From contig JAQFVV010000003.1 of assembly GCA_028023455.1 (NCBI GenBank), forward strand, positions 24,304,001 to 24,368,000: DNA of 64,000 nt. Reading direction: 5' to 3'. This DNA comes from Epiperipatus broadwayi. Its lineage: Eukaryota > Animalia > Onychophora. Shown piece by piece: positions 13,540 to 27,800 of the stretch. The translations under genes were made by a program, and so were the position numbers. The notes beneath the pieces are model-generated. The model ran no database searches and was not told where the DNA came from. It was given only the letters and a program-made list of their open reading frames with translations. Position 1 is the stretch's first letter. Each line of letters starts with the position of its first letter.

Positions 13540-14460
13540 CTCACCTTTTATTAGATATCAATTATAGTAGAAAAAATTCATCCTTTCAGTGCAGTTTTTA
13601 ATTTTGGAAATAACCAAACATCACAGGGAGCTAAGTCAGGTAAATAGGCATGATTGTCTAGTTGTATAATTGATTTTTTCCAAAAAGTCTCACAATGGGC
13701 ACTCTATGACCTGGTGCATTGTTATGATGAATGATCCACTTCTCAGGCCACAGTGCAGACCTTTTTCTTCTAATAGAATCTCATAATTAATGTAAATAAC
13801 ACTGTTGTTTGATTATTGGTCTCTGTTCAATAAATTATTGGTGGACTATTCTTTTGTGATTAAAGAAACACACTAGCATGCTCTTAAACTGTGAGCATAA
13901 TATGCATGCCTTTTTAGGGTGCAATGAATATGGGGGTTTCCATTGCATGCTCTGACATTTTTTTTCTGAGTAAGTACTGGAACCACCAAGTTTCATCAAC
14001 TGTAATTACTCTTGGAAGCAGATGTGTATTTTAGTCACAATATCAAATCGATGCTGTTTTTGTTCATCCATCAAGTTCCAAGGTACAAACTTTGCAGAAA
14101 TCTTCCTCATGCTCAAATCTTTATTTAAAATTAATCTGTATCTCAATTAATCTGCAATTCTTCAGCTATCAATCTGCATTTAATCATCTATTGGACCATA
14201 TTGCATTTCACACTTTGTTAATACTAATGTCAGTTATTGTTGTTTTTGGTTGTCCACTTCTGGGATTATTCATGTCTTCTTTCCTATTTTTGAACCTCTT
14301 ATGCCATTCAAACACATTCAATTTCTTTATGGCATTTTCACCATGTGCCACTTGAAATAGTTCTAATGTTTCAGTAATACATTTGCCAATTTTCACACAA
14401 AATTTGATTTTAATACATTGGTATTGCCTATTTTTACACCAAGGTGTCTGCACAGATATT
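13540..14460 (-). mobile_element. Mariner (Tc1/mariner) transposase relic
   Basis: IKFCVKIGK..TET.....AHGE...VFEWHKRFK...PRSGQPKT, HNNAPGH and YLPDLAPCDVWLFPKLK (YSPDLAP-like); multiple stops. Confidence 0.85.
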
Positions 14461-16272
14461 TATTATCTTCTCAATAGCTAACTAACAACTAGTTCCATCA
14501 GCTTAAAATTTATACATGTGTTAGCTTAAACATGTTCAATACACTTAAGTCTTGGGTAACCCATATGGTCATTCTGGGAATTAAATTGTCACTCCTCATA
14601 TATATACATAAAATAAATAGACCATGATAAACAAATAATAAATGAAATAGAATATAAAATTATAAGTTTGACAATTGTAAATTATTTAAATAATTAACAA
14701 ACAAAAAGAAGCAAAAATATACAGTATGCAGTAATTCTCACCATAGGAAGTTAAAAAACAGATCTAAGAGAAATGATTAACTATATATATATTTTATTAT
14801 TTAATGCCTGACTTCTTTTGACAGTGGCAAGTTTGATAAGTGACTATTTTGGTTTTATCAAACTGATATTCATTAGAGAGCAGTTCCCATCATTGAATGA
14901 TCTCACGTTCATCATAAATTCTTTATCAGTTTACTTAATGCTCTTTCACTTCTAGCTATTGACATAGTCAGTGAAAATAACATTCTGACACCACTGCGAA
15001 ATTTCAAGAAATGGAGTTTTTAATTGAAATACATATATAGCATTTATCAAAAAATAAGGCTTTAGCAAAAGATATTTAAGTAATGATATCAAGCACTTTC
15101 ATTGGATTAAAGTTGAAATAGTCATAATTATATTAATTAAATAATTCTACATTATATATTTAATTACTGCAGTACTCTTGCATTTGCTATCTTTGGTTTC
15201 AAACCTTCCCAAAGATACTTGGAATAGCAGATAATAGTGAAAATTTGTAGATATATGTGTGTAACATATACACACATATGTCAATGTAATTTTTAAAACG
15301 TACATATTTAGACATCACCAAAATAAAATTAAAACAATAATTATATATATAAGGATTGTAATAAATCTAGAGATAAAAGAGAGAGAGAGAGAGAAAGCAA
15401 CCACATTGATTGTATGCAGAGCTGAGGTGGCTGATTGAGAGAGAACTCCCAATTACATTCTTATAGGTGATTGCATTAATTTCTAAACAATTTTATGAAT
15501 TTCAAATTTTTTATTTAATACTTTTTCAAACTATAAATTATTGAAATCATGGATGATGAATTTGTTGTTATAGAAAGATTACTATATTATAATTATATTC
15601 AATATTTATTTTAATGTTTTATAATTGTTTATTAATAATCATTAATTTCTCAAAGTAAATAATTTTAATTCAAGCATCACAATGGTGCTTTGCTTAACTA
15701 GGGCGAAGGCAATGTCATTTTAATTCCTTTTTGTTTTTTATTTTAGTCAAATACTGTACAATTATTTAGCATCTTTTTGCTCTTTGATAAAAATAGTTAA
15801 TGAAAAAACTAAAAATGTACTTGGAAATATTTAGTCTCCTCCCTCATTTTTATTCTGAACTTAAAATATTCTGATAAATGAAGTACTGCTGTGTGTTGCT
15901 AAGGTGTGGTATATTTAAGTAATTTAGGAGCTATTGTTCACTGCATTCAGTATATTTCAGAGCCATTTATTGGATGCTTTAGTAATCACCAGACATTAAA
16001 TGGTAGAGTTGTAATCCATATCTCCAGAGTAGTTTTTTATCAATGGTTTTCATTAGTAAGGAGTTGTGGAATATTAGCAAAAACCTTAAACTCTTGTTGT
16101 ATTTATATATTAGACTATTTTCATCATCTAATATTAAGTATTGAATGTCTTTGGAACAATTTAACTTTATTTAATTTTTCCAATTACATTGTATATGTAC
16201 AACGTTTTGAGAGGTATTATTTTCCTCTCTTCTTCAGGTGTTGCTGGCCTGACCAGTAACAGTACTACCATG

Positions 16273-16348
16273 GTAATTGAACCAGGACCCTTAGATTCTT
16301 GAATATTGAATTTTGAGATAATGCTCTAACCAACTGAGTCATCCTGCC
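16273..16348 (-). repeat. tRNA-derived SINE head or tRNA pseudogene
   Basis: The minus strand has GGCAGGATGACTCAGTTGGTTAGAGC (box A/D-arm like) and GGTTCAATTAC (box B like); no intact cloverleaf. Confidence 0.5.
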
Positions 16349-18440
16349 AGACAGAACACAACTAAAATACCATCATCACAAACCTTCAGGAAAACATCTT
16401 AAACTTTTTTATATTTTCAAGCTAATAGCCTGAAATTCAAAAACAACCTAAGTTTTAAATATTATGAAAGAATTAATTAAAAGAGATTTGAATATTATGA
16501 AACTGTTTTCTGACAGTGGCCATTAGTCTTTAAGTATTTTGAATGTGGGCATTTATAGACTTTGTATCTAAGGTTCATTGATTATCAGGCTTACATTAGA
16601 ATACTCTAGAGTAAATTTAGAAAGATAAAACAGCTTTTATATAGTTCATTTAAAAGCAAAGATCTCTCCAGCAGTATCTCATTGAGTAACTATGAAGGAA
16701 AGGCAATATTAATCAGACTCGCTATTTGCTGTGTAGTGTGGTGGTTTTTCATTTTTACTTTGCCCTCTACTATTTATGGATTAGCTACAATGGCTATGAA
16801 AGGAAAATTACAAACTTGTTGGCAGGTGCACAGCATGAGGAGTAGAGTGATTTATTATTCCTAAAACGGTATTTACATGGTATTTACATATTATTAGTCC
16901 AGGCAGCAAAATTTTAGTCTTTCATTAAAATCATTATGATTATCTATGATTGCTAAATATTTGATAGTAAGTTTTAATTAATTAATTAAGTAAATTTAAC
17001 TTTCAAGGATAAGGAAGATCTCTAGAATATTTTTATATCTTCTATACTTCTTTATTAACTTTTAATTACCACTGACCTACTTATACTTTAAAGATGGACA
17101 TCTTTTATCATGTAAATAAATTGACATTAATACAGAAAATGGAGTTATTTACAATGTTAAAAATGATTTTTTAAATTTTTGAAAGTTAAATTTACTTAAT
17201 TAATTAAATAAAATGTACTATTAAATATTTAACAATTATAAATAATCATAAGTAATGAAGACTAAAATTTCATGACCTGGACTAATACTTAAGCACTCTA
17301 CAGATTTTATCCTGAATCTCTATTGTTTTTTTACTGTCTAATACTATTGACATTAGCATCTAACACAACACATCTTTAGTATGTTGAGTGAATGATTTCT
17401 CTTTCATTTTAGAATAAAACTTTTTATATGTTTTTATTTCCAAAGATATATAGGGGGAGGGGGCTCCAGATTTTATTAGAGATACATTATGATTTTTTCT
17501 AAGATCTGTTTTTATAATTAAAAAAAAAATCACTTCTCTCGTGCCAGATTCCAGAGTTTTAATTTTTACAAAAATGAATTTTACTGCTCTCATCAATAGT
17601 ATGTACAAGATAGTAGAGCTTTTTAATATTCTGATCAGTTTTTGGTTCATGACCTTCATTCATAAATGAAGAGTTTAGATCTTGATCTAGTGCTCCTAAA
17701 TTTTTATCCAGAAGTTATCCTTTTTTACTATCTTTTTTTTTTCTATCAGGTTAACAACCTGAAATTCAAAACATCTTAATGTTTTGAAACCAAATAAATT
17801 TTCTTACATGCCAGTTCAGTAATCCTATATTTTGGTATTCTACATTTTTATCCAGGATTAGCATAAAACAAAACAAAAAAAATCATAATCCCCAACATAC
17901 ACAATACTTTATGAAAACAAGCTTTATGTATTTTACTCCACTGTTACCTATTGAGTGTTATCTGTTGTATTTAATCTGCCTCTTGTATTCTCACATGTCG
18001 CATAACTTCCTTGGCTACTAAACATGATTATTAAATTAAAAAGATGTTCCTCCAAACCAATGATAGTTAACAAATGTAATAACCAAAAAAAAAGTTCTGT
18101 TTGAGAATAAAATTTCTCTTGCTAAAATGTTCTATTTAATATTTATTCTTTTTGTAGCATAATAAAATGATGTATTACTGTTTTTGCATTTTTAAATTTA
18201 TAATGCCTTATAATATTCCTTTTTTTATGTAGTTTTGATTTCTTAGCAATCTTTTTTAAAGCTTTGTATTAGTTATATACCCATCTACATAGTATTCAGT
18301 AATACTCCTGAGAATATTTACAATCAAACAAATCTTTTATATTTGTTTTGCATTACTCCTGAAAGCTTGTTGCTAAATCATCTTCAACCTTTAAATTAAA
18401 TGAGTCTTAGTTTAAAACATATAATTATAAAGTTTGAGAT

Positions 18441-19115
18441 CAGGGCCATGCCAACCTGAGGGTACAATGAGTGCACCATACCTGGATGGCAACATTGATA
18501 GAATTGGCAAGAAACAAGTATAAAATATTTATTTTATGTAGGTAATATCTAATTTAAATTATACAGTGTAATCATTAATAGTAATAATAGTCATTTCTTA
18601 GTATATCCTACATGTAAAGTTTATGATGCAAAGCCATTCTGAATGTATGAAATAGGAATTCCAACTGAAAAAATAATTTTTTTGTTGTTCTTTGAGAATC
18701 ATTTCAATAATAATAATATGCTATCATTATTATTTTCAACAATGAAATTCAAATTTTATAACTTGAATTTTATTACAATAATTCTGTATTTAGACATCAT
18801 ATAATAGTCTTTTATTATTTTAAACAGTCTATTTTAACTTTTTGCAGATAAAAGAGGTGTTGAATCCCATACTTTCATTTTGACAAAATATATACACCAA
18901 TAATTTGTGTTCAATGAGGATAGATTTAGAAGCTTTAAAAGTATTCTCAGTATCAGGCTTTTTTCTTTTTTTATTAATAATTTTGTTTTGTATAAATTGT
19001 TATTTATTGTTGTAAGTACTACATGCAATTTCTTTTCACTACTTTTTTAAGGGACTACCAATAAAAGTTTGCACCTAGATGGCAAATATGTTTGATGCTC
19101 TCCTGTCTGAGATTG
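18441..19115. mobile_element. Possible decayed MITE
   Basis: A CAGGGCCATGCC start and a degenerate complementary end; internal gcacc..gatggcaa repeated at both ends. Confidence 0.3.
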
Positions 19116-21148
19116 TCTCTATATGATTATTTAGGTATTTCAAACCTCTGATTTATCTAATGAGGGATTGGAGGTTAATCTATTAAATACATGTATAATG
19201 AAACGAGTTAGAATGGGATCTTTTACAATCAATGATAGCTCATGATTTAATCACAAGCTTTCAGTGGAGAAGCGCGCAACAAATTTAAAAACAAAACCGA
19301 AGTTAATACTGATAATATATTTTGGGAAATAAAATTATCTCTTGATGATGAGAGCAGATGGTGATTAAATTAATCAATATTCACAACTTAGTATATCATT
19401 TTCTATGTAAATAAATATTTTGTTGATGACGGAATAACATATAACTATTTTAATTGGTAGTGGTACCAGTAATGATGATGATGGCTATTTAAAGTGCATA
19501 TATCAGAAGCACTATATATCTATAAAATTGTTAAACTATCAATAATATTTATAAGGTAATCATTTATCTATTCAGACTTTAAAAAGATCCACTTCCTGAT
19601 TAAACCAATGGAATCACACCAGCTACTTAAATTTTTAAATATTGTTTATTTCTCCATGTATATATGATCAAAACTAGTTCGTATAAAATGTAAATTCAGA
19701 CACTTAACAAACACACAAATAATTATTAGAGTAGTAATTAATTGTTCATAAAAATGTGATTACTGAATTTAAATAACAATAATAACAATCATTATATTTA
19801 AAATTAAGATCAAAAGATTTTACTATTTACTTTTCCTCTTTTATAATTTTCTTTGTTTAACAACTGGAAAGAAAATAATTTCAAAATATTTTTAAATAAT
19901 TGTTTTTGAAAATGGTACAGTTGTGAAATGTTTTCATATATACAGACTGGAAGTTAAAAAGATTTTTAAACATAACAATTAATAAATATAATTTTCTTTT
20001 AAAACATTTTTTTTATTTAGTCTGCATGGGTATATGTGTCATTTGCGTAAATATACTTGAGATATAAAGATTTGTAATAAATAAATACTAAAATTCTAGA
20101 AGTGAAATACTCCTATATTTTAAATATTGGATTTGGCAGATTTATCTGCATAAATTGATACATTCAATTTTAATAACGATCATGGAATAGTGATTTATAT
20201 CCAGTTATGTAAATTTTCTAGAAATCGATGTTCAGTTTTTCGTAATTTTATGCTGTCATGACTTAGATAATTTTTAGCACAGGTAATGTTTAAGTTAATT
20301 AACCTTTAATGTTTTTTTTTCCTGGTTTAAATAAGATAATCTTTAGCATTGTGATAATAGGAGATAGCCATTCTTTTCAGATATACATGGGCAATTTCCA
20401 ATAATTTAATAATACATGGCTTTGATATAACAACTTATATAAAGTGTAGAATGGCTTAGCTATCCAAGCACAGTTAACTGTAACTGATTGTAGATGTCTT
20501 CCTTAATTAACTCTGAAATTCTCTGAATGAATTATATTACAGTTTGTAATATACTCTATATTAATATGCACTACTTTATGCATTATTCCAAAAAATGTAA
20601 ACAAATAAAAAAAAAATTATGATGTGCAGCCATTTTTCCATTTTGAAGGCTGTATGTGATCATATTTATTACTAAAGTTTATTCAGGTTACATAAAAATA
20701 TATTTTATGATTTGCTTCTCTTTTTTTTTGTCTTTAAATGACGTGCAATATTTCATATAATAAAATGTTTTCTAAGCATAAATCTAAAAGGGTTATAAAA
20801 TTTTTAAAAAAAATGTTAAGTATTTTTTTTAGCAATAATAATGAAAACTAGTTTTTAGTAGTGACAGAAAAAAATTGTAAAACATTCTTGAATTGTGTCA
20901 GCAAGCTTAAAGTTTGAGCAATTGAATGAAGAATTTTAAATGATTAATGGCAAATAGAGATACCTGTGTGGATTCGGAAGTAGATGTGAACTTAAAAACA
21001 TGAAACAATTACAGAGGAGCATAGTTTGCTGATAACAAAACTCCTACAGCATTTCTATAGGGGAAAAAAGTTATTGAAAAAAAGGGATATCATCCAAAAA
21101 ATGTTTGTGATAAAATTCACTTCATTGTTCATTTTATTTAAATAATAA

Positions 21149-21610
21149 TAATTAAAGAGAAAAGATTTTCACTTTTAATATATGCACTATACTGTTCTTA
21201 TAATAAATGGCTCAGAGATGTCATGTTTAGTACTGAGGATAATCTCAAACACAAGATAGAGATTTTTGAAAAGATAAGAAGCCATCTTATCTTTAAATCT
21301 ATATTCTAATTATGTAGGCTAATCTGAAGCACTTTAGTTTGAGAGTGTGAAGATTCTCTATTCATGTAAAAATAATGGATGTAAAAGTGAATAGAGAAAC
21401 ATCTTCACACTCTCAAACTAAGATGCTTCAGATTGACCTACATAGTTAGAATGTAGGTTTAAAGGTAAGATAGCCACTCTTATCTTTTCAAAAGTCTCTT
21501 TCTTGTGTTTGAGTTTGAGAGTATCCTCAGTATTCAACATAACATCATTGAGCTATTATAAGATCAGCAAAGTGCATATATTAAAAGTGGAAATTTTTTC
21601 TCTTTAATTA
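21149..21610. repeat. Long imperfect palindrome (~215-220-bp arms, 23-bp spacer); foldback/MITE-like
   Basis: 21149-21364 is the reverse complement of 21388-21610, with scattered mismatches. Confidence 0.85.
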
Positions 21611-21659
21611 CATATGATCTCTGCACTTAGTAAATAAATTTGCATATTAAATAGTAATA

Positions 21660-21900
21660 ATAAGTGAATGTGAGTGAACACGCACATTATCTATATTATC
21701 ATTTTTTCTATTTTAATTTACATGTTCATATTATGCAGACATATGGAAAGGCCAGTATACTTGCAGTTATAAAGTAATATTCTATTAGAATCAAAGCTTA
21801 TCAACAAATAATGAGCTATTAGGTCCCATGTATGTGAGAGGGGCTTGGAACAAAATATAATTTGATATTGCTGCTCTGCTATAAATTGGTTTTGCCCTAT
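21660..21900 (+). repeat. Dispersed repeat, second copy at ~49665-49930
   Basis: Shared gaatgtgagtgaaca, gagctatt...atgtatgt.aga..gcttggaacaaaatata blocks. Confidence 0.55.
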
Positions 21901-24735
21901 TATAAGTTCTTTTGAAAAATACATCAGGTTATTTTTATATATATTTTTCATAATTGTTTTTGCTTTTCAAATTCCTTAATTTGTTTATTTACGTGGCTTA
22001 TATACTTGTTTACATATTTTTCATTTTTTAATTAATTAAAGTGACACATAACATACTTATCAAAAAACACATTTACAAAATATTTAATTTTTTTTTTTTT
22101 AAGTTAATTTATTTACCTACATTATTTAAAGAATAATTAGTAAATGTAATTTTATTTATTAATTTTTTGATTCTGCTTTAATCAGAGTTCTTTTAATTAT
22201 TATTTTTTTCTTTTTAAATCTTTATGTATACAGACCCATTTTTAAAAGATAAACTAAGTTGACTTCATATATTATGTGTTAAATTTTCTAATCCCAAAGC
22301 AATAGGGGGAATAGAGTACTGCAAGCAAATGATCATTAGGGATGCAGTTTGTGCCATCCATTTATATTATTTATTCTAGATTCTTAATATTGAAACTAGC
22401 GTAATGAGTCTTTTATATTATTACAATAATTAGATTAAAAAGTTAAAATTAAAACTATATGTTTGTTAAAAAATACTTTTAATTTGATTTTTAAAACTTA
22501 TCTGCCATTTTAAATGTTATCAACATAATTCAAATGGAGAATTTGTCATTTATGCACAGAAGATAAATTTTTCTAAGCCAAGAACACTTTATAAAAACTT
22601 GATGAGTTAATAATTAAAGAGTAATATTTTTATTAACTGAATTGCTTATTTCTATACTTACATTTTTTATATAGTATACAATAAATATGCCTGTTTCTCT
22701 AATTGTTTTATCTGCAACTGGAACATTATAACTATAGTTAATTTGTAAAAAAATATCTATTCTAAAAATTACATGTTTATTATGTAAATGTGATGTTGAT
22801 TTTAAATATGCATTTGTTAATATTGGGGGGGGGGGTCGTGCAAGTGGCCACTAAGATGTATTTTAACGAACCAAATTTCAGTTACATCAAAACTCACATA
22901 GTTTGACAAATGCTATATACTGTTATGTTATTGGTATATATTGTACTAGTTGACTTTGTAAATATTCATTTTCTCACAAACACTCCTTCACAATAATATT
23001 CTTTTAATAACTATTTAAATGTTCAGTAGATTTGATGTTCCAATATCACACAACCTTCTGAGAAACTAATTTGATTGTTGTTGTTTTTTTAATTAGGATT
23101 TGTTACATTATATTTAAATTTTAAAAAAGTTTGTATATACTGTATTTATTAATACAATACTCTTTATGTAAGATCATGACAATCTTTATTCATCTCTTTC
23201 TGTTCATCCACAATCTACAATTACAATTATTTTCAAACTAGCTTTTACATTTCAAAGATATGACTGCAGATATTGGAGCTTGGTTTAACTAATGAGATTT
23301 GCTTGATCAAAATATATCTTATGAGTTATTTGTATGTTATTGTTTGTTTTAAAATCTGAAAATGAGTGTTTGAAATATGAAAATATAATTAATTATAATT
23401 TGTAAAAAAAATACGAGATCGTGGTAAATAAACAGAAAGAGGTAAAGAATTAGAAATTAAAATTATCATCCACCTATATAAGGTAATTTATAGAAATAAT
23501 TGAAAATTTATTAGTCTTTATCTAATATTAAATGAAATATATTAATTTTTAATGTAATAAAAAAAATTAATAATCATTTTAGTATTTATTGAAAACTAAA
23601 TATTGTAAATATTTGTCAAAAATAAACCCTTACTGATTAAATATATTTAACACAGTATATACGTGCGAAAATTTAAAAGATTTTTTATATTTATCACAAG
23701 ATGGCGCTTTTGGGTTTTTTTGTTTTTTTTTTAGTTTTTTAATCATTCTGTTTAATACTGGCATTTTGACTAATTAGTAAGAAAGAACTGACAGGAGATA
23801 ATTTGAATGATATCAAGGATGGAATCTCCTTATCACTGACGATCTACTTTAAACTCACATTAAACTTTTTTTTTTAATTTCTAATTGGTTGAGGAATTTT
23901 CCTCTATGCTTATATGTATATCATTTCATGAGAACTTAATTTTTTTTCCTATCTCACTGAAAGTAAGATAATTCTAAACCTATGGAAATTATTATTACTA
24001 GAGGAGAAACGTAATATTTAAAGTGAGTGTATAACTACAAATACTGTTTACAATTTTTTCAATTAAAGGTATTTATAAAATGAACAATGATATAAAGTTT
24101 ACAAACTAACCCTAAATATTGTGATAATAATGTGAAGTGTGTTAAAGATTGAGAATCAAATAACTAATAGTTGTGATGATGATGACAATGAAGTGTTGAC
24201 ATAATAATGCCTGATATTTCAATCTGATCTCAAATAGAAAAATCAAAATACATATAAAATAAATAAAGGATAATGATTCAAGAGCTTAGGAAGATTTGGT
24301 ATTGTACATGTCACTAAATAAAATAAATAATTGTATGTTCAGTTGCTCGGGGGGGGGGGGGTCAAGTGATATTCGAGAGTAAAAGTTATAGACTGGGTAC
24401 ATCAAATTATTCAATTAACTATAATTCTAGTCCTTTTTACTGAATATACTATGCCAAGACAAGCATATATACATGTAAGTGTTGTCTAGAAAATCTTGAC
24501 TTACCTGTTTATTGTTATTAACAGATAAATTATTTGGAAAAGTATAAACTTTGAATTTTTTAAAACTACATTTAATAACGGAAATAGTCCAATAAATAAT
24601 TACATGTGTTTTATTAATTTTAATAACCATGTAAATAAATATTAAATATATAGCTCTGAGATCATATCATTAGTATTTCTGAAGTACTAATCTTCAGATA
24701 TGCATACCATAATACTCATTTACAAATTAGACTTT

Positions 24736-24840
24736 AATATTTACTAAGGCTGTACACCTTAGGAATAAGCGTCTGAAAAATTCGAAGGTAGGGACCTCTA
24801 CAGGTCTTAGCCACAAGCTTACGCAGCCTTAGTAAATATT
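24736..24840. repeat. 105-bp element with perfect 17-bp terminal inverted repeats
   Basis: AATATTTACTAAGGCTG / CAGCCTTAGTAAATATT around a GC-richer core. Confidence 0.75.
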
Positions 24841-27800
24841 ACTTAATATAATAATGTGCGTTTAATAAAATTTATAATTAAATTAGACTTTGTAGAATCA
24901 TTTAATAAAATGCAAATAACACCCTCTCTAATTAATTCATTAGCTAGATAAAAATGAATTTAATATTATTTTGTCTCCAAGTTGTTATATAGGAGTAGAA
25001 CATTATATTAGAGATAATCTTAGCAAAGCCTCAATCTAATGAGCCAACATTTTCAGAGAACAATTCAGATGTAACTGTATGTATTGTAATGATTAGAAAT
25101 GTGAGTGAGTGATGAAAAGCGAAACTACTACCAATATATTTCTCTTAAGAATGAATTACAAAAAACCAATAAATAACTATATATGTTTTTTAAATAACAA
25201 ATAAATAAATAGTTTGTCACATTGTAGCATTAAATTTACAACAACTTACTCAATATCTAATGGAAAGCCAAAATCAGTAAAAATGTAATCATCAAATTAT
25301 GCAAACTACAAAATCAAATTTTATAATTATTAATTATAATAATAACAGCTTATACCATGGCACATGTGCTTCACAGATGGAATGCTATTTATAATGAATA
25401 CTTTCTTTTCCAAACACAAGATAAAGTCTTTTTAAAAGATAGAATGGATTACTCTATCTTTTTCACCCAAGCTATATGTATGGACCAATTTGTAACTGAG
25501 TTACATAACTTTATGAAAGTCTATTATTATGTGCTTTAATTTCTATAATAGCAATATTACTCAATCTTTTGTGAACTCTATGATATGGTTTATTATACTT
25601 TAATGTCTCACATAACATGAGTGTGCACAAAATCACTCCTAAACATAAAATGAGCCTTTTAGATAAAGTTTAAAATCCATGATCAAAACATTTTGTCATA
25701 TTATACATGTTAATTTTGGTAACAAATTTATTCTCAACTGTAAGATGAAGCTGTATATATATAATACACCTATACAAATCATAATATTTAAATATAATCA
25801 GGTAGATGAAATTTAAGATAATTAATATCATTATTCTATAACAACAATACATTTGTCAGCTTTCAAATGCACACATAAATATATATGCCACAAACATTCT
25901 TATACAAATACAATTAAGAAGCAGATAACTAATCATCATACATCAGGATCCCCAGTTCAATTTACGAAATGTCAAAATATATATAAGTTAAGGGCATGAA
26001 TATCATTAAACAACATAAAGCAACAATGAACATCTGCAAGCATGCCTATTATCATAATAGTAAAAATAAGCAAGAATTCCACATCTGCATTCTAGTCAGA
26101 ACATTATATACATAACTTCAAACTTGGAATAATGTAATGTCTACATGCCTGTTGATAATATTAACTTCATATAAATATATTTACATGCACTCTCCAAACT
26201 CCAAATCTTTATAACTAAACAATAGATAAATATTTAATTTAAATTAAGTTATACTATTAATTGTAAGAAGATTGTGATAAGCTATTACAAATATTTAATA
26301 TGTATTCATTTAATATGTATGAAATAAAATTTGAACAATCATTCAACATTCACATCTAATGATCTCATATAATTTATTCAATATTGCCTTAAGTTCATCT
26401 ATACAAATTCAAATCTATAACATTTATGCAAAATTGTTTGTATAAGTTTCTTTAAAACTAATAATTTATTTGTATGAATGGTAAAAATGTCTTACTCGAA
26501 CGTTGATTTGTTTAAATTATAATAAATAATACCAAATGAAAATTTTATATTATTGTCAAAGCAAAATTTAAACTATATGTAAACTTAATACATTGAAATC
26601 ATAATAATAACAATATATAAGTACTACTTATAAAGCATTTTAAAGTATATAATAAATAACTCAAATACTATATTTCCATATCCAAAAAGTGACTAAGTTT
26701 ATGACAGTTTGTAGTAAAGTTTATGCAGATTAAATTATTGGAACTAGTGCACAATAGAGATGTCTAACAGAAAGTTTAATTTTAATTTAAATCTTGTAGT
26801 TATTAATAGAAATATTCTTGGATTATTTACTTTAGAGTTGTAATATTTTCTGGTTTATTGACTGCAAATTATTTTAATCCTTATCAAAATATTTGAACCA
26901 CATTTAAAATATTTACTGCTGCTGATTGCTTTGAACACAATTCCATTAGCATATTATTAAATTGCTATCGAGGATGAGATTTTCTGGTATTTTATTTTAA
27001 TTCATCTTGGAGGCATTCAAATAAAATTTGCTTACAGATCTAAGTAGGAATTCTGATATTTTAGCCTGCTACAAAGTGAAATCTACCTTCAATATTTTAA
27101 TTATAGCCATTTTATTTTAATTTCCTAATTGCAGACAAACTTTCTTTCATTTTTGTAAAACCATGCAGACTATCCAATTGTTAGCACAGTTTTCTAAGTT
27201 ATCAAATTTGTACTCAGTGCTTTATAAAATTGAAATATTAACTAATATTATTATCTTTGTAAGATGAATTATTTGAATTGCAATATTGTATATGAAGTAG
27301 CAGAAATAAAGGAATGAAAGAAGAAAAGTGTTAAGAAGGATTATATATAGATATTATTATCTTTGTCAGTAATTTAAATTATTCTAAACAATATTAAAAA
27401 TTAACTAATAAAATATTTTAAATAATTATTAAAATATATTTTTATAACAGTATATATAATAACAATTATACATAGACATGCTTATCTATTAGTGTTATGA
27501 ATTAGTTATTTCCTAAATATGCAAGTTTTATTTTACTATGTTTATGTGACTCTATTTCTACCTTGTTTTACATAATTTGTTTTCAAAAAAATAAAAATCT
27601 ATTCTGTCCTATATCTCCTATTTTTATTAAATGGAAAATATTAATAATCAGGTGAAATGATTATACCATTTCATTATGTATATGCAAAATCTATGAGGGG
27701 GGAAAAACCCAGAAAGGAAGATTAATATTAAATGTCAAAAAACAATTACACTTATATATGATCATATTCTAGCTATTTTATATATAGTAGAAGATTTTAA

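Noticed and set aside
222-27000. Short ORFs in the track (e.g. 222-530, 5412-5652, 15906-16259, 17360-17659)
   Set aside because: Low-complexity AT-rich translations with no motifs; expected by chance.
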